In this document: positions 1 through 11,757 of the stretch, piece after piece
How positions within the stretch are numbered: the stretch's first letter is position 1
Layout: each line of letters opens with the position of its first letter
Assembly (NCBI GenBank): GCA_016192025.1
Contig: JACPUY010000279.1
Span: 1 to 52,483 of the forward strand
DNA length: 52,483 nucleotides
Origin: Pseudogulbenkiania sp.
GTDB lineage: Bacteria; Pseudomonadota; Gammaproteobacteria; Burkholderiales; Chromobacteriaceae
Direction: 5' to 3'
Made by a program: the position numbers and the translations under genes
Notes under the pieces: generated by a model
Databases searched by the model: none
Told to the model about the DNA's origin: nothing
What the model saw: the letters and a program-made list of their open reading frames with translations, nothing else

Positions 1-1
1 G

Positions 2-1297
2 CTCGAGGACGAGCTGTACGCCTTGCGTGAGCGGCTGGGTGCAGAGGCCTACCCGAAGTCGGCGCTCGAGTACCTGAACGATTGGGCCGCGCCCGACAAG
101 GGCTGGCTGCGCAAGTTCTACGGTCAGGGCACGGACGAGCCGCAGTTCGACCTGACCCCGGCCACCGAGAAAGCCATCGCCTGGCTCGACACGCTGACCG
201 CGCGCAGCTTCGTCGGTACCGAGTCGCGCCTGCTGACCCTGTTCGAGCTGCTCAAGCAGATGAGCGACGGCAGCGAGGCCGACCCCGCCAAACGGGTGGC
301 GGAGCTGCACAAACGGCGCGACGAGATCGATGCCGAGATCGCTCGGGTGCTGGATGGCGATGTGGCGCTGCTGGACGACACCGCGCTCAAGGACCGCTTC
401 CAGCAGTTCCAGCAACTGGCGCGCGAGCTGTTGACCGACTTTCGCGAGGTCGAGCACAACTTCCGCCAGCTGGACCGGCGCGTGCGCGAGCGCATCGCCT
501 TATGGGACGGTGCCAAGGGCGAGTTGCTGGAGCAGATCATGGGCGAGCGCGACGCCATTGCCGATTCGGACCAGGGCAGGAGTTTCCGCGCGTTCTGGGA
601 TTTCCTGCTGTCGAGCAGCCGGCAAGAGGAACTGACCGAATTGCTCGGGCGCGTGCTCGCCTTGCCGCCGGTGGCCGAACTGAAGCCGGACGCGCGCACC
701 CGGCGGGTGCACTACGACTGGCTGGAGGCCGGCGAGCACACCCAGCGCACCGTCGCGCAGCTGTCGCAGCAGTTGCGGCGTTTTCTGGACGACCAGGCAT
801 GGCTGGAGAACCGCCGCATCATGGACATCCTGCACGGCATCGAGGCGAAGGCGCTGGCGCTGCGCGACAGTCCGCCGGCGGGTGAGGTAATGACGATAGA
901 CGAGCCGGCGGCCGACATCGAACTGCCGCTGGAGCGCCCGCTGCATACCCCGGCGCGGCGGCCGGTGATCGCCGAGGTTGCGCTACAGGCGGGTGATGCC
1001 GATGTGGACGCCGGCGCGCTCTATTCGCAGGTCGTCATCGACCGCACCGAGCTCGCCCGCCATATCCGCCAGGCACTGCAGCAGCGCACGCAGGTGACGC
1101 TGCGCGAGTTGGTCGAGGCCCATCCTCTGCAGCAGGGTCTGGCCGAACTGGTGGCTTATCTGCAGTTGGGCAGCGGATCGTTCAATACAGTGGTCGATGA
1201 AGACCACCCGGAAACCGTCACTTGGGCGGCGGAAAACGCCGATGGCGTGCTGGTGCAGAAGTGTGCCCGGCTGCCGCGCGTGATCTTTGTGAGATAA
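2..1297 (+). CDS. jetA: Wadjet JetA (DUF3375-like), 5'-truncated by window edge
   Basis: Frame is open from base 2. Motifs ([43 protein letters not shown], final PRVIF) fit DUF3375. First gene of a jetABCD-ordered cluster. Confidence 0.85.
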   Translation, partial: LEDELYALRERLGAEAYPKSALEYLNDWAAPDKGWLRKFYGQGTDEPQFDLTPATEKAIAWLDTLTARSFVGTESRLLTLFELLKQMSDGSEADPAKRVAELHKRRDEIDAEIARVLDGDVALLDDTALKDRFQQFQQLARELLTDFREVEHNFRQLDRRVRERIALWDGAKGELLEQIMGERDAIADSDQGRSFRAFWDFLLSSSRQEELTELLGRVLALPPVAELKPDARTRRVHYDWLEAGEHTQRTVAQLSQQLRRFLDDQAWLENRRIMDILHGIEAKALALRDSPPAGEVMTIDEPAADIELPLERPLHTPARRPVIAEVALQAGDADVDAGALYSQVVIDRTELARHIRQALQQRTQVTLRELVEAHPLQQGLAELVAYLQLGSGSFNTVVDEDHPETVTWAAENADGVLVQKCARLPRVIFVR

Positions 1298-1299
1298 GG

Positions 1300-1929
1300 A
1301 TGGAAGAACAACTGAACGCGGCCGTGATCGAGGCGGATTTGTCGCAGCTCGCTATCGCGCTGCTCAAGGGGGTGGTCTACCGCGACGGCGACGAACGCCT
1401 GTGGGGCGCGCTGCTCAACTTGCAGGCCAGGGTGCGCGACTACGTGATGGTGCTCGGCCTCGAGCTGGTGCTGGACGAGGCCGAGGGCTACGCCTTTCTG
1501 AAGAGCCGACTGGACGAGGGCGACGTTGAGGCCGCGCCCAAGCTGCCGCGCCTGATCGCACGGCGGCCGCTGTCGTTCCCGGTCAGCCTGTTGCTCGCCC
1601 TGCTGCGCAAGAAGCTGGCCGAGTTCGACGCCGGCGGCGCCGATACCCGGCTGGTGCTGACGCGCGACGACATCGTCGAACTGGTGCGGGTGTTTTTGCC
1701 CGACAGCAGCAACGAGGCGCGGCTGATCGACCAGATCGAGACGCATATCAACAAGGTGGTCGAGCTCGGTTTCCTGCGCCGTCTCAAGAGCGCCAGCGGC
1801 CCGGCCGGTTTCGAGGTACGGCGCATCCTCAAGGCCTTTGTCGACGCCCAGTGGCTGGCCGAGTTCGACACGCGGCTGGCGGCCTACCAGGCCCAACTTG
1901 TCGGGAAAGAGGCCGCCGATGAAGAATGA
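1300..1929 (+). CDS. jetB: Wadjet JetB (DUF4194-like)
   Basis: ATG 2 nt after the jetA stop. [28 protein letters not shown] and [16 protein letters not shown] are DUF4194-type motifs. Confidence 0.85.
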   Translation: MEEQLNAAVIEADLSQLAIALLKGVVYRDGDERLWGALLNLQARVRDYVMVLGLELVLDEAEGYAFLKSRLDEGDVEAAPKLPRLIARRPLSFPVSLLLALLRKKLAEFDAGGADTRLVLTRDDIVELVRVFLPDSSNEARLIDQIETHINKVVELGFLRRLKSASGPAGFEVRRILKAFVDAQWLAEFDTRLAAYQAQLVGKEAADEE

Positions 1930-4900
1930 TGCGCTCACGCTCGGCTTCGATTTCGTCGCCGACAACAGCCTGTCCGGCTTTCGCCTGACGCGGCTGGAAG
2001 TCTACAACTGGGGCACGTTCGACGGGCGCGTATGGACGCTGCAACTGGACGGCAGGAACGGCCTGTTGACCGGCGACATCGGCTCGGGCAAGTCCACACT
2101 GGTCGATGCAGTGACCACGCTGTTGGTGCCGGCCAACCGCATCGCCTACAACAAGGCCGCCGGCGCCGACGCCAGGGAGCGCACGCTGCGCTCCTACGTG
2201 CTCGGCCATTACAAGTCCGAACGCAACGAGATCACCGGCGCCGCCAAGCCTGTAAGCTTGCGCGACCACAACAGCTACTCGGTGATCCTCGGCGTGTTCC
2301 ACAACGCCGGCTACGACCAGACCGTGACGCTGGCCCAGGTGTTCTGGATGAAGGACGCGCAGGGTCAGCCGGCGCGCTTCTTCGTCGGTGCCGAACGCGC
2401 GCTGTCGATCACAGCAGATTTTTCCCAGTTCGGCTCGGACATCGCCAACCTGCGCAAGAAGCTGCGTGCCGCCGGCGCCGAGATCGAGGACAGTTTTCCC
2501 AAGTACGGTGCCTGGTTCCGGCGCCGCTTCGGCATCGACAACGAGCAGGCGCTCGAGCTGTTCCACCAGACCGTGTCGATGAAATCGGTGGGCAACCTGA
2601 CCGACTTCGTGCGCAGCCACATGCTCGAGCCGTTCGACGTGGCGTCGCGAATCTCTGCGCTGATCGGCCACTTCGACGACCTCAACCGCGCACACTAGGC
2701 GGTGCTCAAGGCCAAGCGCCAGGTGGAGCTGCTCGCGCCGCTGGTGGCCGACTGCGGCCGGCATGGCGAACTCGTGGCGCAGGTGGACACGCTACGCCAG
2801 AGCCGCGAACTGCTGCGCCCCTATTTCGCCGGCTTGAAACTGGGTTTGCTGGACAAGCGTCTGGCCAACCTGAACGACGATGGGCAGCGGCTGCAGGCAC
2901 ACGCCGCACGGCTGATGATTCAGCGCGATGAACAGCGCGCCCAGGTGGACGAGCTGAAGCAGGCCGTGGCCGACAACGGCGGCGACCGGCTGGAGCGGCT
3001 GGCGTACGAGATCCGCAAGAAAGAGCAGGAGCGCGATGTCCGGCAGCGCAAGGCACAGCGCTACGCCGAGCTGATCGGCGCGGTGGACGAAATGCCGGCC
3101 GAGGCCGAGGCGGCCTTCCGCACCCAGCGCGCCCGGCTTGGCATGCACCGCGAACAGGCGCGCACGCGCGAGGCCGAATTGCAGAACGCGCTGACCGAGC
3201 ACGGCGTGAGCCTGCGCCAGGGCAAGCTGGAGCACGACGCGCTCACGGCCGAAATCGCCAGCCTGAAGGCGCGGCGCAGCAACATCCCGGCCGAGCAGAT
3301 CGCCATGCGCGCGGCCTTGTGCCAGGCGCTGCGGCTTTCTGAACAGGAGATGCCGTTTGCCGGCGAGCTGCTGCAGGTGCGCGAGGAAGAGCGTGACTGG
3401 GAGGGAGCGACGGAACGGTTGCTGCGCGGCTTCGGCCTGTCGCTCTTGGTGCCGGACGCGCACTACGCCGCGGTGGCCGACTGGGTGGACCGCACCCATC
3501 TGAAGGGCCGGCTGGTGTACTTCCGCGTGCGCCCGGTTACTCGTGCGGAACTACCCCAGTTGCACCGTGATTCGCTGGCGCGCAAGCTGTCGATCAAGCC
3601 CGACTCGCCGTTCTACGACTGGCTGGAGCGCGAGCTGGCGCACCGCTTCGACGTCGCCTGCTGCGCCACCCAGGAGCAGTTCCGTCGCGAGACGCGCGCG
3701 ATCACCCGTGCCGGCCAGATCAAGGCGCCGGGCGAGCGCCACGAAAAGGACGACCGCCACCGCATTGACGACCGCAGCCGCTACGTACTGGGCTGGAGCA
3801 ACGCCGCCAAGATCGCTGCGCTGGAGGCCAAGGCACGTCAGCTCGAGGTGCGCCTCGCCGAACTCGGCAGCCTGCTCGGCCGCATCCAGGACGAACGCAA
3901 GGCGCTCGAAGCACAGCAGATGGCGCTGTCGCGGCTGGAGGAGTTCGCCGACTTCAGTGAGCTTGACTGGCCGGCAGTGGCGGTCGAAGTGGCGCGGCTG
4001 CTGGATGAGAAGCAGCAGCTCGAGGCCGCCTCCGACCGCCTGCAACAACTGAGCACCCAACTGGCCCAGCTGCGCCAAGAACTCGCCGCCACCGAGAATG
4101 CGCTGAACGAGCGCAACCAGGAACTGGGCGCAGTAAAAGCCAAGCGCGAGGCGGCCGAGGCGCTGCACAGCCACGCCGCCGCCACTCTTGCCGACGCGCC
4201 CGACATGGCCGGTGCGCAGGCGGGGCGGCTCGATGCGATGCGTATGGAGGCGCTCGGCGAGCACCAACTGTCGGTTGAATCCTGCGACAACCGCGAGCAG
4301 GACATGCGCAAGTGGCTGCAGGACCGCATCGACGCCGAGACCAAGAAGCTGGAACGCCTGCGCGACAGGATCATCCAGGCGATGATGGCGTTCAAGGAAC
4401 AGTTCAAACTGGAAACCGCCGAGATCGACGCCAGCCTCGACGCCGGCTTCGCATACCGTAACCTGCTCGAGCAGCTCGGCCGCGACGATCTGCCGCGCTT
4501 CGAGGCGCGCTTCAAGGAGCTGCTCAACGTCAACACCATCAACGAGATCGCCAACTTCAACGCCCAGCTCGCGCGCGAGCGCGAGACCATCAAGGAACGC
4601 ATCGCGCGCATCAACGAGTCGCTCACCCAGATCGACTACAACCCCGGCCGCTACATCGTGCTGGAATCGCAGGCTAGCCCGGATGCCGACATCCGCGATT
4701 TCCAGGCGGAGCTGCGCACCTGCACCGAGGGCGCGCTGACCGGCTCCGACGACGCGCAGTATTCCGAGGCGAAGTTTCTGCAGGTGAAGGCCATCATCGA
4801 CCGCTTCCGCGGGCGCGACGGACTCACCGAGCAGGATAGGCGCTGGACCGCCAAGGTGACCGACGTGCGCAACTGGTTCCTGTTCGCCGCCAGCGAACGC

Positions 4901-5293
4901 TGGCGCGAGGACGACAGCGAGCACGAACACTATTCCGACTCCGGCGGCAAATCCGGCGGGCAGAAGGAAAAGCTCGCCTACACCATCCTGGCGGCCAGTC
5001 TCGCCTACCAGTTCGGGTTGGAATGGGGCGCGGTGCGCTCGCGCTCGTTCCGCTTCGTGGTGATCGACGAGGCGTTCGGTCGCGGCTCGGACGAATCGGC
5101 GCAATACGGGCTCAAGCTGTTCCAGCAGCTCAACCTGCAACTGCTGATCGTTACCCCGCTGCAGAAGATCCACATCATCGAGCCGTTCGTTGCCAGCGTC
5201 GGCTTCGTACACAACGACCAGGGCCGCGATTCCAAATTGCGTAACCTGTCGATAGCGGAATATCGGGCGCATAGGGCGGAACTGTCGGCATGA
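1919..5293 (+). pseudogene. jetC: Wadjet JetC SMC-like ATPase, interrupted by an in-frame TAG at 2696-2698 (pseudogene or sequencing error)
   Basis: N-part: NWGTF and Walker [11 protein letters not shown]-part (2702-5293): coiled coil, signature SGGKSGGQKEKL and Walker B VVIDEAF. Both parts share one frame and are separated only by TAG-GCG. Confidence 0.85.
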
Positions 5294-6477
5294 GCTGGAG
5301 CACGACGAACGATTTGAAGGCACAGCTCATCCGCCTGTGGGAGCGTGGTGAATTGCTGCGCGACCTGGTCCAGGGGGAAAGCCGCTTTCCGTTGCGCCTC
5401 TCGCTGAAGGGGCCGAGCTCGGCGGAGCTGGTTGAACGCTTCGAGGCAGTGCGCGGCTGGATCGCCGAATTGACCGCCATTCCGCATATCCGGATCGAAT
5501 GGCGCGAGCTCAACCATCGGGTGCTGGGCAGCCAGCGCGTGCCGCAGTCGGTCTGGGTCGACCGGCTGGACGACGCGCTGGCGCTGCTTGGCAAGCGTGG
5601 CGAGACGGCGCGCTTCGACCGGCTGCTGGCGCTCACCCGCGCACAGCAACCGAGCCTGCTGGCCTGGCTGGCTAAACGGCCCTTGCAAGCACTTGAACTC
5701 AGGGACGAATGGGAACGCCTGCTCACTGTCGTCGACTGGCTGCAACGCCACCCGCGTCCCGGTATCTACCTGCGCCAGGTGGACATCCCGGCCATTCACA
5801 GCAAGTTCATCGAGGTGCATCGCGGCGTACTGGCCGAGTGGCTGGACCTGGCACTGCCGACCGAGGCCATCGACACGAGCCAGAGCGGTGTCGGCCGGTT
5901 TGCTGCACGCTACGGCTTTCTCGATAAGCCGGCGCGCATCCGCTTTCGCGTGCTCGACCCGAACATTGCCCTGCTGCCCGGTGCCGCCCTGCCCGATATC
6001 ACGCTCGACGCCGACAGCTTCGCCAGCCTGACGGTACCGATCCGCCGCGTGTTCATCACCGAGAACCAAATTAACTTCCTGGCGTTTCCACCTGTAGCCG
6101 AGGCCATCGTCGTTTTCGGTGCCGGCTACGGCTGGGATGCGCTGGCGCAAGTCGGGTGGCTCGCACGCTGCGCCATCCACTACTGGGGCGATATCGACAC
6201 CCACGGCTTTGCCATCCTCGACCAGCTGCGCGGGCGCTTCGGGCATGTCGAGTCGTTCCTGATGGATCGGCAGACCCTGCTGGCCCATGAATCGCTGTGG
6301 GGTAAGGAAGCCGATCAGGTAACGCATGAACTGCCGCGGCTAACCGACGCGGAACAGGCACTGTACGACGAACTGCGCGACAATCGCATCCGCAAGGGCT
6401 TGCGGCTGGAACAGGAGCGGGTAGGGTTTCAGTGGGTGAAAGCGGCGCTGGAGGGAGTGACTGGCAACGGAAACTGA
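5290..6477 (+). CDS. jetD: Wadjet JetD TOPRIM nuclease (DUF3322+DUF2220-like)
   Basis: ATGA overlap with the jetC stop. TOPRIM-type motifs ITEN and YWGDIDTHG; C-terminal RLEQER. Confidence 0.88.
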   Translation: MSWSTTNDLKAQLIRLWERGELLRDLVQGESRFPLRLSLKGPSSAELVERFEAVRGWIAELTAIPHIRIEWRELNHRVLGSQRVPQSVWVDRLDDALALLGKRGETARFDRLLALTRAQQPSLLAWLAKRPLQALELRDEWERLLTVVDWLQRHPRPGIYLRQVDIPAIHSKFIEVHRGVLAEWLDLALPTEAIDTSQSGVGRFAARYGFLDKPARIRFRVLDPNIALLPGAALPDITLDADSFASLTVPIRRVFITENQINFLAFPPVAEAIVVFGAGYGWDALAQVGWLARCAIHYWGDIDTHGFAILDQLRGRFGHVESFLMDRQTLLAHESLWGKEADQVTHELPRLTDAEQALYDELRDNRIRKGLRLEQERVGFQWVKAALEGVTGNGN

Positions 6478-6675
6478 TAGCCATGCTCGCGGCTGCAGCT
6501 GATCGGCCTGTCGCTGATTGACTTGTGGAAGCCGGAACCGCCTGCCAAGTGTGCTCTCCTGCTATCTGCCTTGGCTTAATGAGCTTCGGCACTCAGCCAT
6601 GGTTGACCGTATTGCTATAGGTGCTGGATAATTTTCAGTTCCTTCAAATATTTAGCGCATCTTGCCGCTTTTCCG

Positions 6676-7671
<996 letters not shown>

Positions 7672-7695
7672 ACCGACTTACCCCGGAGACCCCGC

Positions 7696-8289
7696 ATGTT
7701 CGATCAACTGGTGCTCGCCAGCAACAACGCCGGCAAGCTGCGCGAATTTTCCGCGCTGTTCGCCGAGCTCGGCGTCACCGTGCGCCCGCAAGGCGAGTTC
7801 AACGTTCCGGAATGCCCGGAGCCGCATCACACCTTCCTGGAAAACGCGCTGGAAAAGGCTCGCCACGCCAGTCGCGTCACCGGCCTGCCGGCGCTGGCCG
7901 ACGATTCCGGCATCTGCGTCGAGGCGCTGGCCGGCGCGCCCGGCGTGCAGTCGGCGCGCTTCGCCGGCGAGCCGAAGTCGGATGCGCGCAACAACGCGCT
8001 GCTGCTGGAAAAGCTGGCCGGCTCGTCCAACCGCCGCGCCTGGTACTACTGCGTGCTGGTGCTGGTGCGCCACGCCGATGACCCGCAACCGATCGTCGCC
8101 GACGGCGTCTGGGCGGGCGAGGTGATCGACACCGCGCGTGGCGAGGGCGGCTTCGGCTACGACCCGTACTTCTGGCTGCCCGGCTACGGCCGCACCGCCG
8201 CCGAGCTCGACGCCGCCGAGAAGAACCGCGTCAGCCATCGAGGCCAGGCGGTACAGGCGCTGATGGCCAAGCTCAGGGCGCTGGCATGA
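7696..8289 (+). CDS. rdgB: Non-canonical purine NTP pyrophosphatase (RdgB/HAM1)
   Basis: LASNNAGK, ADDSG, GFGYDP and SHRG motifs. Confidence 0.95.
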   Translation: MFDQLVLASNNAGKLREFSALFAELGVTVRPQGEFNVPECPEPHHTFLENALEKARHASRVTGLPALADDSGICVEALAGAPGVQSARFAGEPKSDARNNALLLEKLAGSSNRRAWYYCVLVLVRHADDPQPIVADGVWAGEVIDTARGEGGFGYDPYFWLPGYGRTAAELDAAEKNRVSHRGQAVQALMAKLRALA

Positions 8290-9470
8290 GCCAGGTGCAG
8301 TTCACGCCGATCAGCGGCTTGCGCGAGCTGCCGCCTCTGTCGCTGTACATCCACTTTCCCTGGTGCGTGAAGAAGTGTCCGTACTGCGACTTCAACTCTC
8401 ACGAGGCCAAGAGCGGCTTCGACGAGGACGCCTACGTCGCGGCGCTGCTCACCGACCTCGAACTGGCGCTGCCGGCGGTGTGGGGGCGGCCGGTGCACAC
8501 CATCTTCATGGGCGGCGGCACGCCCAGCCTGTTCTCGGCGCGGGCGATGGACACGCTGCTGGCCGGCATCCGCGCGCGGGTACGGCTGTACCCGGACGCC
8601 GAGATTACTATGGAGGCCAATCCGGGCACGTTCGAATCGGACAAGTTCAAGGGCTTCCGCGAGGCCGGCATCAACCGGCTGTCGATCGGCATCCAGAGCT
8701 TCGACCCGGCGCACCTCAAGGCGCTTGGGCGCATCCACGACGGCGATGAGGCACGGCGCGCGGTGGAGATCGCGCTCACGCACTTCGACAACGTCAACCT
8801 CGACCTGATGTACGCGCTGCCGCGGCAGACGCTAAACGAAGCACTGGCGGATATCGACACCGCGCTGTCGTTTGGCGTCACGCATGTTTCGGCGTATCAC
8901 CTGACCATCGAACCGAACACGCTGTTCGCCCGCTACCTGCCGCCGAATCTGCCGGACGACGAGTTGTCGGCCGATATGCAGGATGCGCTAGAAGCGCGGC
9001 TGGCCGACGCCGGCTTCCACCATTACGAGACCTCGGCCTTTGCCCGGCCAGGGCGCGAGTGCCGCCACAACCTCAACTACTGGCAGTTTGGTGACTATCT
9101 CGGCATCGGAGCCGGTGCGCACGCCAAGATCAGCGCCCACGACGGCATCGTGCGCGAGATGCGCTACAAGCAGCCGGCGGCCTACCTCAAGGCCGTGGCC
9201 GACGGCCAGCCGGCGCAGAGCCGCGAGCGCATCGCCCGCGCCGACCTGCCGTTCGAGTTCATGATGAACCTGCTGCGCCTGACCGACGGTTTCGAGATCC
9301 GCCTGTTCTCCGAGCGCACCGGCCTGCCGCTGACGCACATCCAGCGCGAGCTGGCGGCGGCCGAAACGCAGGGTCTGATCGAACGCGACCTGACCACGCT
9401 CAAGCCGACGCTGAAAGGCCAGCGCTTCCTGAACGACCTGTTAACCCTGTTTCTGAAAGAAGGAGAATGA
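8286..9470 (+). CDS. hemW: Radical SAM heme chaperone HemW
   Basis: [18 protein letters not shown] (CxxxCxxC), GGGTPS and HNLNYW; overlaps rdgB as usual. Confidence 0.93.
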   Translation: MSQVQFTPISGLRELPPLSLYIHFPWCVKKCPYCDFNSHEAKSGFDEDAYVAALLTDLELALPAVWGRPVHTIFMGGGTPSLFSARAMDTLLAGIRARVRLYPDAEITMEANPGTFESDKFKGFREAGINRLSIGIQSFDPAHLKALGRIHDGDEARRAVEIALTHFDNVNLDLMYALPRQTLNEALADIDTALSFGVTHVSAYHLTIEPNTLFARYLPPNLPDDELSADMQDALEARLADAGFHHYETSAFARPGRECRHNLNYWQFGDYLGIGAGAHAKISAHDGIVREMRYKQPAAYLKAVADGQPAQSRERIARADLPFEFMMNLLRLTDGFEIRLFSERTGLPLTHIQRELAAAETQGLIERDLTTLKPTLKGQRFLNDLLTLFLKEGE

Positions 9471-9472
9471 CA

Positions 9473-9859
9473 ATGGCAAAACAAATCATCCACACCGACA
9501 ACGCCCCGGCCGCCATCGGCGCCTACTCGCAGGCCGTCAAGGCCGGCAACACCGTGTACCTGTCGGGCCAGATCCCGCTCGATCCGGCCACCATGACCAT
9601 CGTCGAAGGCGGTTTTGCCGCTGAGACCCACCAGGTGTTCAAGAACCTGAAGGCGGTGTGTGAAGCCGCCGGCGGCTCGCTCGACCAGATCGTCAAGCTC
9701 AACGTCTACCTGACCGACCTGTCCAACTTCGCCACCTTCAACGAGATCATGGGCCAGTACTTCACCCAGCCGTACCCGGCGCGTGCCGCCGTCGGCGTGG
9801 CCAGCCTGCCCAAGGGTGTGCTGGTGGAAGCCGAAGGGGTGCTGGTGCTGGGCGAGTAA
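9473..9859 (+). CDS. ridA: RidA family imine deaminase (alternative start 9467)
   Basis: [20 protein letters not shown] and [13 protein letters not shown]; AGGAG upstream. Confidence 0.9.
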   Translation: MAKQIIHTDNAPAAIGAYSQAVKAGNTVYLSGQIPLDPATMTIVEGGFAAETHQVFKNLKAVCEAAGGSLDQIVKLNVYLTDLSNFATFNEIMGQYFTQPYPARAAVGVASLPKGVLVEAEGVLVLGE

Positions 9860-9966
9860 GCCTGATGGTGCTTGCTCGGCTGCCGGTATGGCTGTCGATA
9901 GACGGGGGGCTGGTGTCGTTCTACCTGCTCTGGCAACAGAAGTAATCCCGTCGGCTCACGACAACG

Positions 9967-9989
9967 AGCGGCCCGAGTGGCCGCTTTTT
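9967..9989 (+). terminator. Intrinsic terminator after the dusA-ridA cluster
   Basis: agcggcc-cgagt-ggccgct followed by a T-run. Confidence 0.65.
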
Positions 9990-10102
9990 CATGCCCGGCA
10001 GGGCCGAAGCAGCCATTGTTCTGGCATCAAAACAGCCTGTTCAGGGGCTGGACGGCGGGAGAGCGACTCCTTAGCCTTGGTGGTCAACTTCAGGAGACCG
10101 CC

Positions 10103-10960
10103 ATGCCCCAGTACGCCTACCAGCTCGTCAACGTGTTTGCAGAAAGCCATTTCGGCGGCAACCCGCTGGCGGTGTTCACCGACGCCGGCGGTCTGGACGA
10201 CGCCACCATGCAGGCCATTGCGCGCCAGTTCAATCTGTCGGAAACGGTGTTCCTGTTCCCGTCCGAGAGCGCGGCGGCACGCCTGCGCATCTTCACCCCG
10301 AGTTACGAAATGCCGTTCGCCGGCCACCCCACGCTCGGCAGTGCCGCCGTGTTGCACCGGCTGGGGAGGGGCGGCGACGACTTCCTGCTGGAGACCAATG
10401 CCGGGTCGATTCCGCTGGCGCACCGTGACGGCGTGTTCACGCTCAAGGCCAACGCGCCGACGGCGCGGCCGGCCGGACTGAGCCTGGCGGACACCGCCGA
10501 GATCCTCGGCCTGGCCGCCAGCGACATCGCCGCCGCACCGGAATGGATAAACACCGGCACGGAACAACTGCTGGTGCCGATCGCCAGCCGCGAGGCGGTA
10601 TTGGCCGCGCGCCCCGATCCCCAGCTGTTCATGCAGCGGGCAACGAAGGTGCCCGGCTGCAGCTGCGCCTACCTGTGGCACGAAGCCGACAACGTCGCCA
10701 CGGTGCGGCTGTTCTTCGAACAGCACGGCGCGGTGATCGAGGACCCGGGCACCGGTTCGGCCTGCGCCAACCTCGGCGGCTGGTGCGCGCTGAACGGCCG
10801 CCAGCCGCTCGCCTGGCGCGTCGAGCAGGGCCACGCCATCGACCGTCTCAACGTGCTGGAACTGGCGGTCAGTGCGGCGGGCGAGGTGAGGGTCGGCGGG
10901 CGTGTCATTTTTGTCGGTTCCGGGGTGTTCGAACTGCCTGCTGCGTGCACGGTTTCTTGA
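10103..10960 (+). CDS. PhzF-family isomerase/epimerase
   Basis: NVF..GGNPLAV, NLSETVF, RIFTP..EMPFAGHPTLG and EDPGTGSA; CAGGAG RBS before the ATG at 10103. Confidence 0.9.
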   Translation: MPQYAYQLVNVFAESHFGGNPLAVFTDAGGLDDATMQAIARQFNLSETVFLFPSESAAARLRIFTPSYEMPFAGHPTLGSAAVLHRLGRGGDDFLLETNAGSIPLAHRDGVFTLKANAPTARPAGLSLADTAEILGLAASDIAAAPEWINTGTEQLLVPIASREAVLAARPDPQLFMQRATKVPGCSCAYLWHEADNVATVRLFFEQHGAVIEDPGTGSACANLGGWCALNGRQPLAWRVEQGHAIDRLNVLELAVSAAGEVRVGGRVIFVGSGVFELPAACTVS

Positions 10961-11042
10961 CGCCGCGCGAGCACACAGGCATTCTCGAGCGACGGCTCCA
11001 AACCAACGTTTAAATAGTGGGCTGACACGAGGAGAAAACACC

Positions 11043-11477
11043 ATGAAACAAGCTGCAAAACTGGCGCTGCTGGCCCTGGCCGGCGGCCTGCTGACACCCT
11101 TGGCGCTGGCGCAAAGCGCCGCTGGCACCTGGAAGACCATCGACGACGAAACCAAGCAGGCCAAGGCGCTGGTGCAGATCAGCGAAGGCGCGGACGGCCA
11201 GCTGTCGGGCAAGATCGTCAAGCTGTTCAACAAGCCGGACGCCGTGTGCGAGAAGTGCGACGGCGCCAACAAGGGCAAGCCGGTCAACGGCCTGACCATC
11301 GTCTGGGGTCTGAAGAGGGACGGCGAAGCGTGGAACGGCGGCGAGATACTCGACCCCAAGTCCGGCAAGGTCTACAGCGCCAAGGTGAAGCTGGTCGACG
11401 GCGGCAACAAGCTGGAAGTGCGCGGTTTCCTCGGCGTCTCGCTGCTGGGGCGTACCCAGGTGTGGGAACGCCAGTAA
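11043..11477 (+). CDS. DUF2147 exported protein
   Basis: Signal peptide, GTWKTIDD, C..C, GEILDPKSGKVY and GRTQVWER; GGAG RBS. Confidence 0.88.
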   Translation: MKQAAKLALLALAGGLLTPLALAQSAAGTWKTIDDETKQAKALVQISEGADGQLSGKIVKLFNKPDAVCEKCDGANKGKPVNGLTIVWGLKRDGEAWNGGEILDPKSGKVYSAKVKLVDGGNKLEVRGFLGVSLLGRTQVWERQ

Positions 11478-11479
11478 GT

Positions 11480-11561
11480 GCCTACTTTACCATTCAGTTC
11501 CAGGAACGACTGCCTCCGCTGTAAACCACAACCCCGTTTACACAGAATTCTGCACCGGCCC
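11480..11561 (+). mobile_element. IS256-family remnant: transposase C-terminal codons plus right inverted repeat
   Basis: Encodes AYFTIQFQERLPPL*, like IS256 C-termini (..FAI.F.DR.). Followed by ttacacagaattctgcaccggccc, the reverse complement of an IS256-type end as I remember it. Confidence 0.6.
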
Positions 11562-11712
11562 GACTTTGACCGTCAGCTGGTAGAGCTACCAGTGTGCGCG
11601 GCAATCTTGAATCGCTTTACGCGGCTGGGGACGCCGACGACGGTGGTGTGCGTGCCATAAATCCGCTTAGGGAAAGGGGCTTTGTGCTCAGGGGGTTATT
11701 TGTGCAAAGTCC
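11562..11712 (+). mobile_element. IS5-family (IS903-group-like) remnant: transposase C-terminus plus degenerate end
   Basis: Encodes DFDRQLVELPVCAAILNRFTRLGTPTTV..*, close to the IS903-group tail DFDRQVAE.Q.RAA.LNRFT.LG.P. Followed by atttgtgcaaagtcc, a degenerate right-IR-like sequence. Confidence 0.65.
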
Positions 11713-11757
11713 TTTCCAACGCTTGAAGCGAACAGGGCCATTCTTAAACCTTGACCA

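Noticed and set aside
2696-2760. Possible pyrrolysine or programmed recoding signal at the jetC TAG
   Set aside because: No convincing downstream stem-loop and no pyl genes or suppressor tRNA in the window. TAG is a normal stop elsewhere (tpiA, nuoA).
6481-6579. Coding-like stretch (..RLQLIGLSLIDLWKPEPP..) after jetD
   Set aside because: Short, no start codon or RBS, and no recognisable family. Cannot be supported.
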